A DNA stretch of 20,000 bases from an uncultured virus (IMG/VR IMGVR_UViG_3300008107_000208) (IMGVR_UViG_3300008107_000208:57206-77205), one strand, 5' to 3'. Numbered from the stretch's first letter, positions 5,901-14,181 are shown. A program made the numbers and translations. Notes: generated from the letters alone by a model not told the origin.

Positions 5901-8209
5901 GACATTCCTATAGTCAAAATGTTAAAGATCTATATCCACAGTTGGATAGAGATAATATCAGTGATAATCCAAACTCAAGTAAAACATACGCTAAGAGATC
6001 TCCTATTGGCGATGTTGTAACTGATGATCTTAAGAAGAGTCTTACAAGAGAAACTGTTGATATTTTACTCCCAGCTCTTGGTATTGGTCTTCCTATCACT
6101 GGAGTTACAACTTCATTCCCAAGTGCAACTGTTGGAGTTGCAACTTTAACATTCGCTAGAGAGCATGGTTTTAATGGAATTGTAACTTATAGTTCCTTTA
6201 CTGGTGGTAGTGGATATACCAATGGAACTTACTATAATGTAAAACTCTTTAATAATGGAACATCAACTTGGGATGGCGCTACCGCCACTGTAACAGTTGC
6301 TGGTAATGCTGTATCCTCTGTAGATATTACTGTTGGTGGTTCTGGTTATACAAATGGCGAAGAACTAGACTTTGATACTGGAAGAATTGGTGGTGGAGTA
6401 GGCGCTGGTTTAACTGTAACAACTGCTGGTATTTCAACAGTTATTGGTAATACCGTTCAAATCACAGGTATTGGAACAACTGCTGGTGGATACTATCGTA
6501 TTACTGGTGTTCCTGCTAAAAATCAAGTTGCTATTGCTATTACTGATAAGGATCCAAGAATTGTTCAAGGGCAATATCTACTGAACATTGCACCTGAACT
6601 AACTGTTTCTTCTTCAGCATTTACTTCAGCAACTGGTATTACCACCTTTACAATGTCTGAACCTCATGGTTTTGTGGTTGGTAATAGACTCACCGTTAAG
6701 AACTCTACAGATCAAAACTTAGGCGACTATCTAGTTACTGGTATCACAACCACAACAGTTAGTGCTAAGACGAGTGCATCACTTACTTCTCCTAAGTATC
6801 TGTTGAAGCATGGTCTATCTTCCAATGATAAGACCTCTGATGTTGATGGTGAGAATCTTGGAGCAAGAGGATTCTTCTTCTACGGAAACGAGACTGCTAT
6901 TCTTCAGTCTAATATCTCCAATCAGACTACACTTCATATTAAAACTACAAACTCTGGTATTTCAACTACCAATAGATTTGAACTTGGTTCATATATCCAA
7001 GTTGATGATGAGATTATGAGAGTTGTAACCAGCACTCTTGCTGGTTCTGGTAACAATGAAGTCAGTGTTATTCGTGGTGCTTTAGGAACTCTGAAGCAAA
7101 ACCATTCTGGTGGTGCTCTTATTAAGAAGATCACACCTAAGGCTATTGAGTTCCGTAGACCTTCATACTTACGTGCTTCTGGACATACATTTGAATATCT
7201 TGGTTATGGTCCAGGTAACTATTCAACTGCACTTCCACAAGTTCAGGTCAAGAGTCTGAGTGATAAGGAAGACTACCTCGCACAAGCACAAGAGAAGAAC
7301 TGCGGTATCGTTGTTTATACTGGTATGAACAGCGTTGGCGACTTCTTCATTGGTAATAAGAAGATTAACTCTGCTACTGGTCAAGAAGAAGTATTTGATA
7401 TTCCAGTACCAACAATAACTGGTGAAGATCCTTCTAGTTTGAGTGTTGTATTTGATGAAGTTATTGTTAAGCAAAGACTTCTAGTTGAAGGTGGAAACTC
7501 TGGTACTGTTCTGTCTCAGTTTGATGGTCCAGTTAAGTTCAACAAAGAAGTTAAAATTAATGATACAACTACTATTTCTGCACCACTAAAAGTAACTGAT
7601 ACTACACAGTCAACTGATTTCAGTACTGGTGCAGTCACAGTTAGTGGTGGTGTTGGTATTGCGAAGAACTTGAATGTTGGTGGAAATGCTAATGTAACTG
7701 GAAACCTAACCGTAAGTGGAAATCTAGTTATTGATTCTTCATCTACTCTAGTTTCTTCCGCTGGTAGTTTTGGTAACATTAAAATTGCCGTTACTGATGA
7801 CAATACTATTGATACTCAGTCTGGAAATCTAAAACTCAATGCAAATGGTGGAAGCACTCTTGTTGCAATCCAAACTAATACAACAATCACTGGTATCTTG
7901 AGCGTAACTGATGATATTACTGCTTTCTGGTCTTCTGACGAAAGATTGAAGGATAACATCACTAGAATTGATAATCCACTAGAAAAGGTTCTATCAATCA
8001 GTGGTAACACATTTGATTGGAATGAAAAGTCCAACAAGACTGGTCATGATGTTGGTCTTATCGCTCAAGAAATTGAGAAGATTCTACCAGAGGCAGTCAC
8101 AACTAGAGATAATGGTTACCTTGCGGTTGACTACCATAAGATTGTTCCTCTACTGGTTGAGGCTATTAAAGAACTTTCTAGAAAGGTTGACGACCAGAAT
8201 CATAAATAA
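2960..8209 (+). CDS. Large tail fibre / virion structural protein with C-terminal peptidase S74 intramolecular chaperone
   Basis: 1749 aa, S/T/G/V-rich. ILYVNP...G-N-S...PFKTIQRAL N-terminus (beta-helix-type start); repeated H(G/N)xxxG beta-barrel units; C-terminal SDERLK...GLIAQE...VDY...LVEAIKEL from 7934. Confidence 0.9.
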   Translation: MPLNKLENFIKNTEGRILYVNPSDLDATDSIENQGNSLTKPFKTIQRALLEAARFSYLRGSDNDIVEKTTILLFPGEHVIDNRPGYAIKDVSGTATAVSPAGSETVASTELTLTSSSVFDLTQQENILYKFNSIHGGVVVPRGTSIVGLDLRKTKIRPKYVPNPTDTNVAGSSIFRITGACYFWQFSIFDGDQSGLVYTDASNFGSGNQSKPTFSHHKLTCFEYADGVNIPTGYSITDLDMYYSKLSNAFNSETGRNIDQKWPAEPLGFAKKRSEWEIVGAFAADPVNISTIISGDSFTPGSVITVTTSTAHGLTTGTPIKVKGVSVDDYNVSTTVQSVSSETQFTYLLPFVRNNLPASPSASGATVTIETDTVGGASPYIFNCSLRSVYGMNGLHADGAKASGFRSMVVAQFTAVSLQKDDRAFVKYNESSRAYEGITVSKVTGASLSSESSSTDSNKVYHLDSDALYRTGWESSHIKGSNDAFIQVVSVFAIGFSYHFDGRTGADFSITNSNSNFGQFSLNAEGFKAEAFAKDNKAFITSVITPKAIVATEESIDWVQLDVGLTTSVGISSHLYLYGYNDKNIAPPVLVQGYRVGAKLNDQLSFVGSGTTYSANILMVDNAISTSGITSALGTSSSFKQYSVSSVSSSVLTIGTHNLLTGEKILLISDSGDLPENINPHTIYYVIKESSTQIKIASSATNAENSAFITLYGGTNIKVISRVSDKAAGEIGSPIQFDAANNNWFIHSSHNNAIYTAFNTLGTGTLGSASNPSFFNRTEDPRSLDEKLYKFRVVVPKEFDNAKDPEEGFVIQESSTTGARSNADFTATGITTSDYDYNRNPRFISTCSTSSSTVTVITELPHNVRVGEKIIIRNVTSTGNTAGTVNKGYNGVFTVASVVDDKTFTHSTADVYGITHSTGSFTNDTSSRTTALPRLERNDWNENFYVYRNEVISPYIKDVQDGVYHLYVLNAGNTVETEFTGHSYSQNVKDLYPQLDRDNISDNPNSSKTYAKRSPIGDVVTDDLKKSLTRETVDILLPALGIGLPITGVTTSFPSATVGVATLTFAREHGFNGIVTYSSFTGGSGYTNGTYYNVKLFNNGTSTWDGATATVTVAGNAVSSVDITVGGSGYTNGEELDFDTGRIGGGVGAGLTVTTAGISTVIGNTVQITGIGTTAGGYYRITGVPAKNQVAIAITDKDPRIVQGQYLLNIAPELTVSSSAFTSATGITTFTMSEPHGFVVGNRLTVKNSTDQNLGDYLVTGITTTTVSAKTSASLTSPKYLLKHGLSSNDKTSDVDGENLGARGFFFYGNETAILQSNISNQTTLHIKTTNSGISTTNRFELGSYIQVDDEIMRVVTSTLAGSGNNEVSVIRGALGTLKQNHSGGALIKKITPKAIEFRRPSYLRASGHTFEYLGYGPGNYSTALPQVQVKSLSDKEDYLAQAQEKNCGIVVYTGMNSVGDFFIGNKKINSATGQEEVFDIPVPTITGEDPSSLSVVFDEVIVKQRLLVEGGNSGTVLSQFDGPVKFNKEVKINDTTTISAPLKVTDTTQSTDFSTGAVTVSGGVGIAKNLNVGGNANVTGNLTVSGNLVIDSSSTLVSSAGSFGNIKIAVTDDNTIDTQSGNLKLNANGGSTLVAIQTNTTITGILSVTDDITAFWSSDERLKDNITRIDNPLEKVLSISGNTFDWNEKSNKTGHDVGLIAQEIEKILPEAVTTRDNGYLAVDYHKIVPLLVEAIKELSRKVDDQNHK
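8202..8208 (+). promoter_or_regulatory. T4-like late promoter
   Basis: ATAAATA upstream of ATG 8227. Confidence 0.7.
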
Positions 8210-8226
8210 CTTAAAAACCGTCTAAG

Positions 8227-9876
8227 ATGGCAGATTATAGAAAGTCGTTTAATTTTCGTAATGGCGTCCAGGTTGATTATGATAACTTAGTTGTAAATTC
8301 AAACGGTTTGGTTGGAATCGGCACCACGATTCCAACTGAAGTTTTGGACGTAAGAGGAACTGCCAAAGTTGTTGGACTAGCAACAGCAGACCAACTTCAT
8401 AGTAAAACATTAAATGTAAGTGGTGTTACAACTTTAACCTCCGCTTCTATTGGTAACCTATCAATCAGTTCTAGCGGTATTGTTACGGCAGTATCTGGTG
8501 TAGTTTCATTTTATGGTGATGGTTCAACTCTAAGTAACCTTCCAACGTCACAGTGGGTTGATGTTGATGTTGGTTTAGGATTTACTAGCATTTACGCTGC
8601 TGGAAATGTTGGCGTAGCAACAACAGATCCAAGATATGTATTTCAAATTGGAGGTAATCCAAATACGCAAAATGGTATTGGTATTAACTCAACTGGAAGT
8701 ATTAAGGCAACTGGTATCATAACAGCATCTGACTTCTATGGGACTTTCAGAGGTGGTTTAGTTGGTGATGTTTATTCTACTGGAGTTTCAACATTCACAT
8801 CACTAAAAGTAGGTACAGTTACTGTTGATAGTGGTATCGTTACTGCAACAACATTTGTTGGCGATTTAACTGGAAATGTCGTTGGTATTGCTACAACCGC
8901 AAGAGGACTAATTGGAACTCCAAATATTACTGTTGGAGTAGTAACTGCATCTAAACTTGTAGTAGATTCTATTGAAGTTACAGCAACACCATCTGGTATC
9001 ACTACTGTTACCAAACTATTGCACGTTGGAACTGGTGGAACTTCTTTTGCAGCACTAGACTCTGGAAGAATTGGAGTAGGAACAGCAGAACCAACATCAG
9101 ACTTCCAAATTAGAAAGTCAAATGCTACATTACTTGAGGTTATCTCTACTGATAGTCAATCTAGAATTAGTATTGGTCAGTCTATAGGTATTGGGAACAG
9201 CAATGCTATTTTAAGATTTGGTAACTTAAGCAAGACTCTAGAGTTAATCAACAATGATACCGGAGATATTAGAACTGTACTCCACAATGGTACTGGTGCT
9301 GGTAGCACTGGAAACTTTAAGTGGATTTATGGTCAGACTAACTCCGAAAGAATGACCCTAACATGGGATGGTAATCTTGGTATTAACCAGACGATTCCAA
9401 CCCATAAGTTACATGTTGTTGGTACATCAACAGTTACGGGCAATGCCTGGTTTGGTGGTAACTTAACTGTTGCTGGTTCTATTAGTGGAACTTTAAATCT
9501 AGATCCTATTATAACATCAAACATCTACACCACTTCTGGAGTTAGTACTATCAGTACACTGAAGGTAACTGGAAGTGCAAACTTTAATGGTTCTAGTTTT
9601 GTTGGATTAGGAACTAATGTTGGTGTTGGAACTGACTCTGGATTCCAAGATACTGGTTTAACTGTAAATAATGGTATTCGTGCAAATACATTAACATTGA
9701 CGGATGGAATGAACGTTGCTAGTGGATATGTTACATCATTCTCAGTTCGTTCTACTAGTGGATTTATTAGTAGTGGTGTTGGAACTGAGTTTGTTCAGAT
9801 AACCTATGGAACATCACCAAGCAGAGTTATATTTACTGTACCAGGTGTTGGTTCAACTTCACTTCGATTATTCTAA
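8227..9876 (+). CDS. Tail fibre-like protein
   Basis: 549 aa with repeated GxVG(I/V)xTxxP and G(I/V)(V/I)TAxxFxG motifs typical of trimeric phage fibres. Confidence 0.8.
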   Translation: MADYRKSFNFRNGVQVDYDNLVVNSNGLVGIGTTIPTEVLDVRGTAKVVGLATADQLHSKTLNVSGVTTLTSASIGNLSISSSGIVTAVSGVVSFYGDGSTLSNLPTSQWVDVDVGLGFTSIYAAGNVGVATTDPRYVFQIGGNPNTQNGIGINSTGSIKATGIITASDFYGTFRGGLVGDVYSTGVSTFTSLKVGTVTVDSGIVTATTFVGDLTGNVVGIATTARGLIGTPNITVGVVTASKLVVDSIEVTATPSGITTVTKLLHVGTGGTSFAALDSGRIGVGTAEPTSDFQIRKSNATLLEVISTDSQSRISIGQSIGIGNSNAILRFGNLSKTLELINNDTGDIRTVLHNGTGAGSTGNFKWIYGQTNSERMTLTWDGNLGINQTIPTHKLHVVGTSTVTGNAWFGGNLTVAGSISGTLNLDPIITSNIYTTSGVSTISTLKVTGSANFNGSSFVGLGTNVGVGTDSGFQDTGLTVNNGIRANTLTLTDGMNVASGYVTSFSVRSTSGFISSGVGTEFVQITYGTSPSRVIFTVPGVGSTSLRLF

Positions 9877-11054
9877 TGTCTTTAACAAGAACGACAACAA
9901 GTGAAACAGGTCCTTTTTATGCTTCTGGATCTATATCTTTTAGTTCCCTAAGAACTAACTTTAAGAGGACATCATCAGGAAACATAAAAGCATCTGAACT
10001 TAGAAGAAATACGAATGTTAATACAGCAGAACCAATAGTTCCAGATTGTACTGAAAATAGAACTTCTGGACCCTTGAGTGGTGGAATATCAACATCAAGT
10101 AACTTAAAATTATCCCAGTTTAGAAATTCTATAAAATATTATGATTTAACACAAGGATCTGACACAGATTTAAACTTAAATATTGCAGCATCCTCACTCT
10201 GGAATTCAAACTTACAATATAATATTGAAAAAAGAGTTTATTTATCTGGAACCAGTGGGTCAACAACTACATCAACACCAGCAGCAAGTCTAAATGCTAC
10301 TGCCGTTTATAATGTATTACTTCTTATCACTGGAGTAATACTTGGTGATGGAGGATCTGCAGGAACAGAAACGATAAATGGTGGAGATGGTGGTGATGCT
10401 CTCTATATCAACACAAATAGTACCGGAACAGTTACTGTAAGGACTTCTGGTGCCTCTGCACAAGTCTACGGCGGCGGCGGTGGCGGCGGAGGTGGTGGAG
10501 ATGGTGGAACAGGTGGTGGAGGTCAATATACTGTCAGTTATACAGAACGAGTAGGAACTGGATATAGTAGAGGTGGTCCTGGTAATTGTGGTTGCCCCGG
10601 TGGACAGTATTGTAGCGGCAGACAAGGTAATGGAGATAACTGCTGTGGTGGAGCATTAGGAACCCCTGGAGAATGTTTCTGCTGTTTCTATGATAGAACA
10701 GTATCTTATACTGTTAATACAGACGGTGGTGCTGGCGGTGATGGCGCAGATGGCGGATTGGGTCAAGGTTACCTACAGTCCAGAACATTTGGTGGAACTG
10801 GTGTAGGTGGTTCTGCTGGTGGAACTAATGCAGGAGCTGGTGGAAAAGGTGGAGATGGTGGAGATGGTGGAACTTGGGGACAAAATGGTGAAAATGGTGA
10901 TACTGGAAATACTGGTGTTAACGGAAACCGCACAAATGGATTGGCAGGTGCTTCAGGTACATTAGGAGGAACGGCAGGTAGAGCAGTAGCAGGTTCTGGA
11001 TATACTATTGATACTGCTAATGGAGTTGACTCTGCATACCTTGGTCTGAAGTAA
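9876..11054 (+). CDS. Glycine-rich adhesin-like protein (T-even gp38-like) with Cys-rich insert
   Basis: GxIxGxGG..G..GGxGGxAL...YGGGGGGGGGG and a GGxGG-rich C-terminus resemble the polyglycine sandwich of gp38 adhesins. TAATG-coupled to the fibre gene. Confidence 0.7.
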   Translation: MSLTRTTTSETGPFYASGSISFSSLRTNFKRTSSGNIKASELRRNTNVNTAEPIVPDCTENRTSGPLSGGISTSSNLKLSQFRNSIKYYDLTQGSDTDLNLNIAASSLWNSNLQYNIEKRVYLSGTSGSTTTSTPAASLNATAVYNVLLLITGVILGDGGSAGTETINGGDGGDALYINTNSTGTVTVRTSGASAQVYGGGGGGGGGGDGGTGGGGQYTVSYTERVGTGYSRGGPGNCGCPGGQYCSGRQGNGDNCCGGALGTPGECFCCFYDRTVSYTVNTDGGAGGDGADGGLGQGYLQSRTFGGTGVGGSAGGTNAGAGGKGGDGGDGGTWGQNGENGDTGNTGVNGNRTNGLAGASGTLGGTAGRAVAGSGYTIDTANGVDSAYLGLK

Positions 11055-11081
11055 GATACATAAACTAGATGATGGTTTGTA

Positions 11082-11447
11082 ATGGAAAACGAGTATCCTT
11101 CTTTATCACAACAAGGTAAGAACTTAGCTTCTTTTGCTCTACAGATAGCAAGAAAAGCATTTGCTGAAGGTACAGCATCTGTTGCCGTGTCTGAAGGTAT
11201 CCAGAGAGCAAGAATAAACACCTGTAGGGCTTGTCCTGCCTATGATGATATTCAACACAGATGTAAAGAATGTGGTTGCTTTCTTGCTGCTAAAGTAAAG
11301 TTCTCTGCTGCTTCTTGTCCCTTAGGTAAATGGGAAGAATCAGATAGAAAATGGGCAGAGGATGAATATGAAACTATTGTTGATAGTTTTGATGAGGAAA
11401 CTAAGCATGAGTTGAGTCATATTAGTGACTGGAAAGAAAACACTTGA
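11082..11447 (+). CDS. Cys-rich putative metal-binding protein (DUF6171-like)
   Basis: R...CxxC...CxxCGC...K...CPxGKW motif. Confidence 0.7.
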   Translation: MENEYPSLSQQGKNLASFALQIARKAFAEGTASVAVSEGIQRARINTCRACPAYDDIQHRCKECGCFLAAKVKFSAASCPLGKWEESDRKWAEDEYETIVDSFDEETKHELSHISDWKENT

Positions 11448-11472
11448 CGAACTCATAAAAACCCTGTAGACT
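11444..11472 (+). promoter_or_regulatory. Sigma70-like promoter
   Basis: TTGACG (11444-11449), 17 nt, TAGACT (11467-11472). Confidence 0.55.
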
Positions 11473-11514
11473 ACCTTTGTCCCGGTTGAAGATGAGAGTA
11501 TGAGCTCTTAAAGG

Positions 11515-11569
11515 GACAGTTATGAAACTGGCACAGGGTTCATCGGTAGAGTCCCCTCCGTGCTATAAT
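11515..11569 (+). promoter_or_regulatory. Palindrome plus extended -10 early-type promoter
   Basis: CAGTT-ATGA-AACTG palindrome (11517-11530) and TGCTATAAT (11561-11569); no -35 consensus. Confidence 0.7.
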
Positions 11570-11593
11570 AAGTCTATCGTCGATGAGGAAGTG

Positions 11594-12763
11594 ATGCAAC
11601 TCCGTCCCCACCAGCAGGATGCTACTGACGCTATGCTGGCGTTTGAGAAGGGTCAAATCATCGTTCCTACGGGCGGTGGTAAGACTATGTGCATGATCAA
11701 GGATTCTCTTGATTATCTGAATGCTTATGATGCTGGAGTCATTGTTGTAGTTGCTCCTCGTATCCTGCTTGCCGAGCAACTCTCTGCTGAGTTTCTTGAA
11801 TTTCACACTGATGTTGCTGTGATGCACGTTCATAGTGGTGAGACTCATCACTTCAGCAGCACTCGCCCTGCTATTATTCACAACTGGTCTAAGCAAGCAT
11901 ATCGCAAGCAACTGATCTTCACTACCTATCACTCTCTGCCCCGTCTTCAAGAGGCGGACATCAACGTTGACTGCATTTACTTTGATGAAGCGCACAATTC
12001 CGTCCAACGTAACTTTTTCCCTGCTACGGAGCACTTCTCTTCTACTGCTAACCGCTGCTATTTCTTCACTGCTACTCCTAAGCATTCTCTTACTGTTTCC
12101 AAGCCTGGGATGAATGATGTAGAAGTCTACGGTAAAGTCATCTGTAATGTTCCTGCTCCTAAGTTGGTTGAGGAAGGTTACATTCTTCCTCCTAAGGTTG
12201 TTGTGAAGCAACTTGAGATGGTTCAGGACAAACAGATGATTGCTGACCGTGACTCTCAGAATCTTCTGGATACTATTGACGACAATGATCTGGGTAAGAT
12301 TCTGATCTGTGCTCGTTCTACCAAACAGATTATCAAACTGCTGAGTGAGTCTGACTTCCGTAAGGAGTTGACTGAGCGTGGTTATTCCTGCATGTATATC
12401 ACTGCTAAGACTGGTGGTGTTATTGACGGTCAGAAAGTCAACCGTGAAGTATTCTTTGATACCCTGAATGCTTGGGGCAAAGATCCTTCCAAGAAGTTTG
12501 TGGTTCTTCACCACTCTATTCTGTCTGAAGGTATCAATGTCTCTGGACTTGAGGCAGTCCTGTTTATGCGTAACATGGACTACATTGGAATCTCTCAGTC
12601 TATCGGGCGTGTGATCCGTCTTGGAGGCGCTCAGAAGACCTTTGGACTCGTCTGTGTGCCTGTCTACGATAAGGTGGGCATCAGCACCGCCAAGAGCGTC
12701 CAAGCGGTCGTAGACACCGTTTTCCAACAGGGTTTGCCTGCTGTATCTGTTGTGCGTCGCTGA
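11594..12763 (+). CDS. SF2 DEAH-box helicase (ResIII-like)
   Basis: Q motif LRPHQ, Walker A PTGGGKT, DEAH, TATP, SEGINV, QSIGRVIR. Start moved to ATG 11594 because of the GAGGA RBS and the promoter lying within 11522-11569. Confidence 0.92.
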   Translation: MQLRPHQQDATDAMLAFEKGQIIVPTGGGKTMCMIKDSLDYLNAYDAGVIVVVAPRILLAEQLSAEFLEFHTDVAVMHVHSGETHHFSSTRPAIIHNWSKQAYRKQLIFTTYHSLPRLQEADINVDCIYFDEAHNSVQRNFFPATEHFSSTANRCYFFTATPKHSLTVSKPGMNDVEVYGKVICNVPAPKLVEEGYILPPKVVVKQLEMVQDKQMIADRDSQNLLDTIDDNDLGKILICARSTKQIIKLLSESDFRKELTERGYSCMYITAKTGGVIDGQKVNREVFFDTLNAWGKDPSKKFVVLHHSILSEGINVSGLEAVLFMRNMDYIGISQSIGRVIRLGGAQKTFGLVCVPVYDKVGISTAKSVQAVVDTVFQQGLPAVSVVRR

Positions 12764-12769
12764 CTTTTC

Positions 12770-12778
12770 TGCTATAAT
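12770..12778 (+). promoter_or_regulatory. Extended -10 promoter
   Basis: TGCTATAAT followed by AAAGGA RBS and ATG 12802. Confidence 0.7.
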
Positions 12779-12801
12779 ACCAACACCGAAAGGAAACTAC
12801 C

Positions 12802-12942
12802 ATGAAGTGCCGAGTTCAACTCTTTGTTGCTGGTCAAGTCTTCTATGAGGAAGTAATCTGTCGTGACTATCAAGAAGCACGAAAGGTAGCACTTGCCCGT
12901 AATCCTAATGCTAAAGTTATTGGCGTTACCGCTGTATTCTAA
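12802..12942 (+). CDS. Small hypothetical protein (46 aa; absent from ORF track)
   Basis: MKCRVQLFVAGQVFYEEVICRDYQEARKVALARNPNAKVIGVTAVF; strong RBS; TAATG coupling to next ORF. Confidence 0.8.
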   Translation: MKCRVQLFVAGQVFYEEVICRDYQEARKVALARNPNAKVIGVTAVF

Positions 12943-13169
12943 TGGGTAAATTTCAAAAACCTTTCATCGATCGTCCTGGTATTCTTGACCCAAAGACAGG
13001 AGATCCTGAAGGTTATGTAACCAATGATGGAATGTGGGCAGCGGTTCCCATCATTGGTTCTAAAGGTTTTGCTATCATTAACAATGGTTCTGTTGTTCAT
13101 GAAGCACGAAACTATACTGCCGCCAAGAGCTACATTCTTAAGGAAATCAAAAAGTCCAAGAAGAAGTAG
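12942..13169 (+). CDS. Small basic hypothetical protein
   Basis: Coupled start; 75 aa with Lys-rich tail. Confidence 0.75.
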   Translation: MGKFQKPFIDRPGILDPKTGDPEGYVTNDGMWAAVPIIGSKGFAIINNGSVVHEARNYTAAKSYILKEIKKSKKK

Positions 13170-13196
13170 TTTAAATACTATAACTGAAAGCAACTC

Positions 13197-13376
13197 ATGA
13201 ACAAAGAACAAAAACGCAAGGATGCTCTTGGATTGTTTATTGAAAGTGTATTGAAACCAGACCATGAGTTGAGACAGTGTGCTCACAACCAAAAGTGTTA
13301 CAATGAGTTACTTGAATGGAGACAAGAAGTTCTTGAGTATCTAAACTCCCGTAGAGGTGAGGAGTTTAGTACATGA
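13197..13376 (+). CDS. Small hypothetical protein (59 aa; absent from ORF track)
   Basis: MNKEQKRKDALGLFIESVLKPDHELRQCAHNQKCYNELLEWRQEVLEYLNSRRGEEFST; ATGA overlap with next ORF. Confidence 0.75.
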   Translation: MNKEQKRKDALGLFIESVLKPDHELRQCAHNQKCYNELLEWRQEVLEYLNSRRGEEFST

Positions 13377-13609
13377 ACTATCAACTATTTCTACTGTTTG
13401 TTTTCGCAGTGGCTGCGTATTTCATCGTAACTGATGAGAGCGTTGCCGCTGCTTTTTATTATGTGTATAGGTTAGCAAAAGCATACATTCAGCGTCAGTG
13501 GTGGTGGATTACGCACAATCCCCGTAATCCTGTGGTAAAATATCTAATGTGGCGTCGTTCTATGAAACTCGCTAAAGAGTTACAGAAATACTTTGATGAA
13601 AATAAATAG
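13373..13609 (+). CDS. Hypothetical membrane protein
   Basis: Hydrophobic N-terminal segment; GGAG RBS. Confidence 0.7.
   Translation: MNYQLFLLFVFAVAAYFIVTDESVAAAFYYVYRLAKAYIQRQWWWITHNPRNPVVKYLMWRRSMKLAKELQKYFDENK
13602..13608 (+). promoter_or_regulatory. T4-like late promoter
   Basis: ATAAATA about 20 nt before ATG 13629, with AGGAG RBS between. Confidence 0.6.
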
Positions 13610-13628
13610 ACCATACCAGGAGTAAAGT

Positions 13629-13946
13629 ATGCTCTCTACGCAATATCGTCTTCGTCTTGAAGCAATTTGTGAGAAGATTGTTCTACACGAAGAAGTGAGT
13701 TTGGAAGATATGATTTGGGCAGAAAAACTTGCTAAGTCTAATCGTTCTGCTGCAACAATACTTCGTCAGGCAAGAAGAAGAGCAGAGAATCCTGATATGG
13801 ACGATATGGATGACTTTATGAACCAACTTGATATTGGTGGTTTAGGACATGAGCGATTTGGTCGTCGTGGTTTTGATAGTCCAGACGATCTTCTTGACTG
13901 GTTTAAGAGAGACGATGACGAAACTGATTGGAGGCAGCGTGACTGA
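13629..13946 (+). CDS. Hypothetical phage protein
   Basis: AGGAG RBS; 105 aa with acidic C-terminus. Confidence 0.8.
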   Translation: MLSTQYRLRLEAICEKIVLHEEVSLEDMIWAEKLAKSNRSAATILRQARRRAENPDMDDMDDFMNQLDIGGLGHERFGRRGFDSPDDLLDWFKRDDDETDWRQRD

Positions 13947-14181
13947 AACAGCAGTAATTTATTCTAACGGAAGTCAAGAGTGTGAGCGTATTGGTATGCT
14001 CTTAAGAGCACTTGGTGGTGAGTTTCTTGAATATAAGTTGAACCAACACTTCACTCAAAGAGGATTTGAAGCAGAGTTTGGTTCTGATGCTGAATACCCT
14101 CAAATTAATATTGGGTTTAAGCATGTTGGTGGTATGAAAGAAACACTTCAGTATATGAAAGATAACGGTTTGTTTGAATGA
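13939..14181 (+). CDS. Glutaredoxin-like protein with SxxC site
   Basis: GTG start after GGAGG. VIYS..SQEC, YPQI and HVGG match glutaredoxin motifs. Confidence 0.75.
   Translation: MTETAVIYSNGSQECERIGMLLRALGGEFLEYKLNQHFTQRGFEAEFGSDAEYPQINIGFKHVGGMKETLQYMKDNGLFE

Noticed and set aside
10470..10499. GGN repeat as a phase-variation tract
   Set aside because: Encodes the Gly10 motif with mixed codons; triplet slippage would not shift the frame.
3685..11221. Short alternative-frame and antisense ORFs inside the tail genes
   Set aside because: Shadows of long S/T/G-rich genes; no independent signals.
9876..11447. Diversity-generating retroelement targeting the adhesin
   Set aside because: No reverse transcriptase and no template/variable repeat pair visible in the window.
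11540..12727. 395-aa minus-strand ORF
   Set aside because: In-register shadow of the helicase caused by its codon bias; no recognisable motifs.
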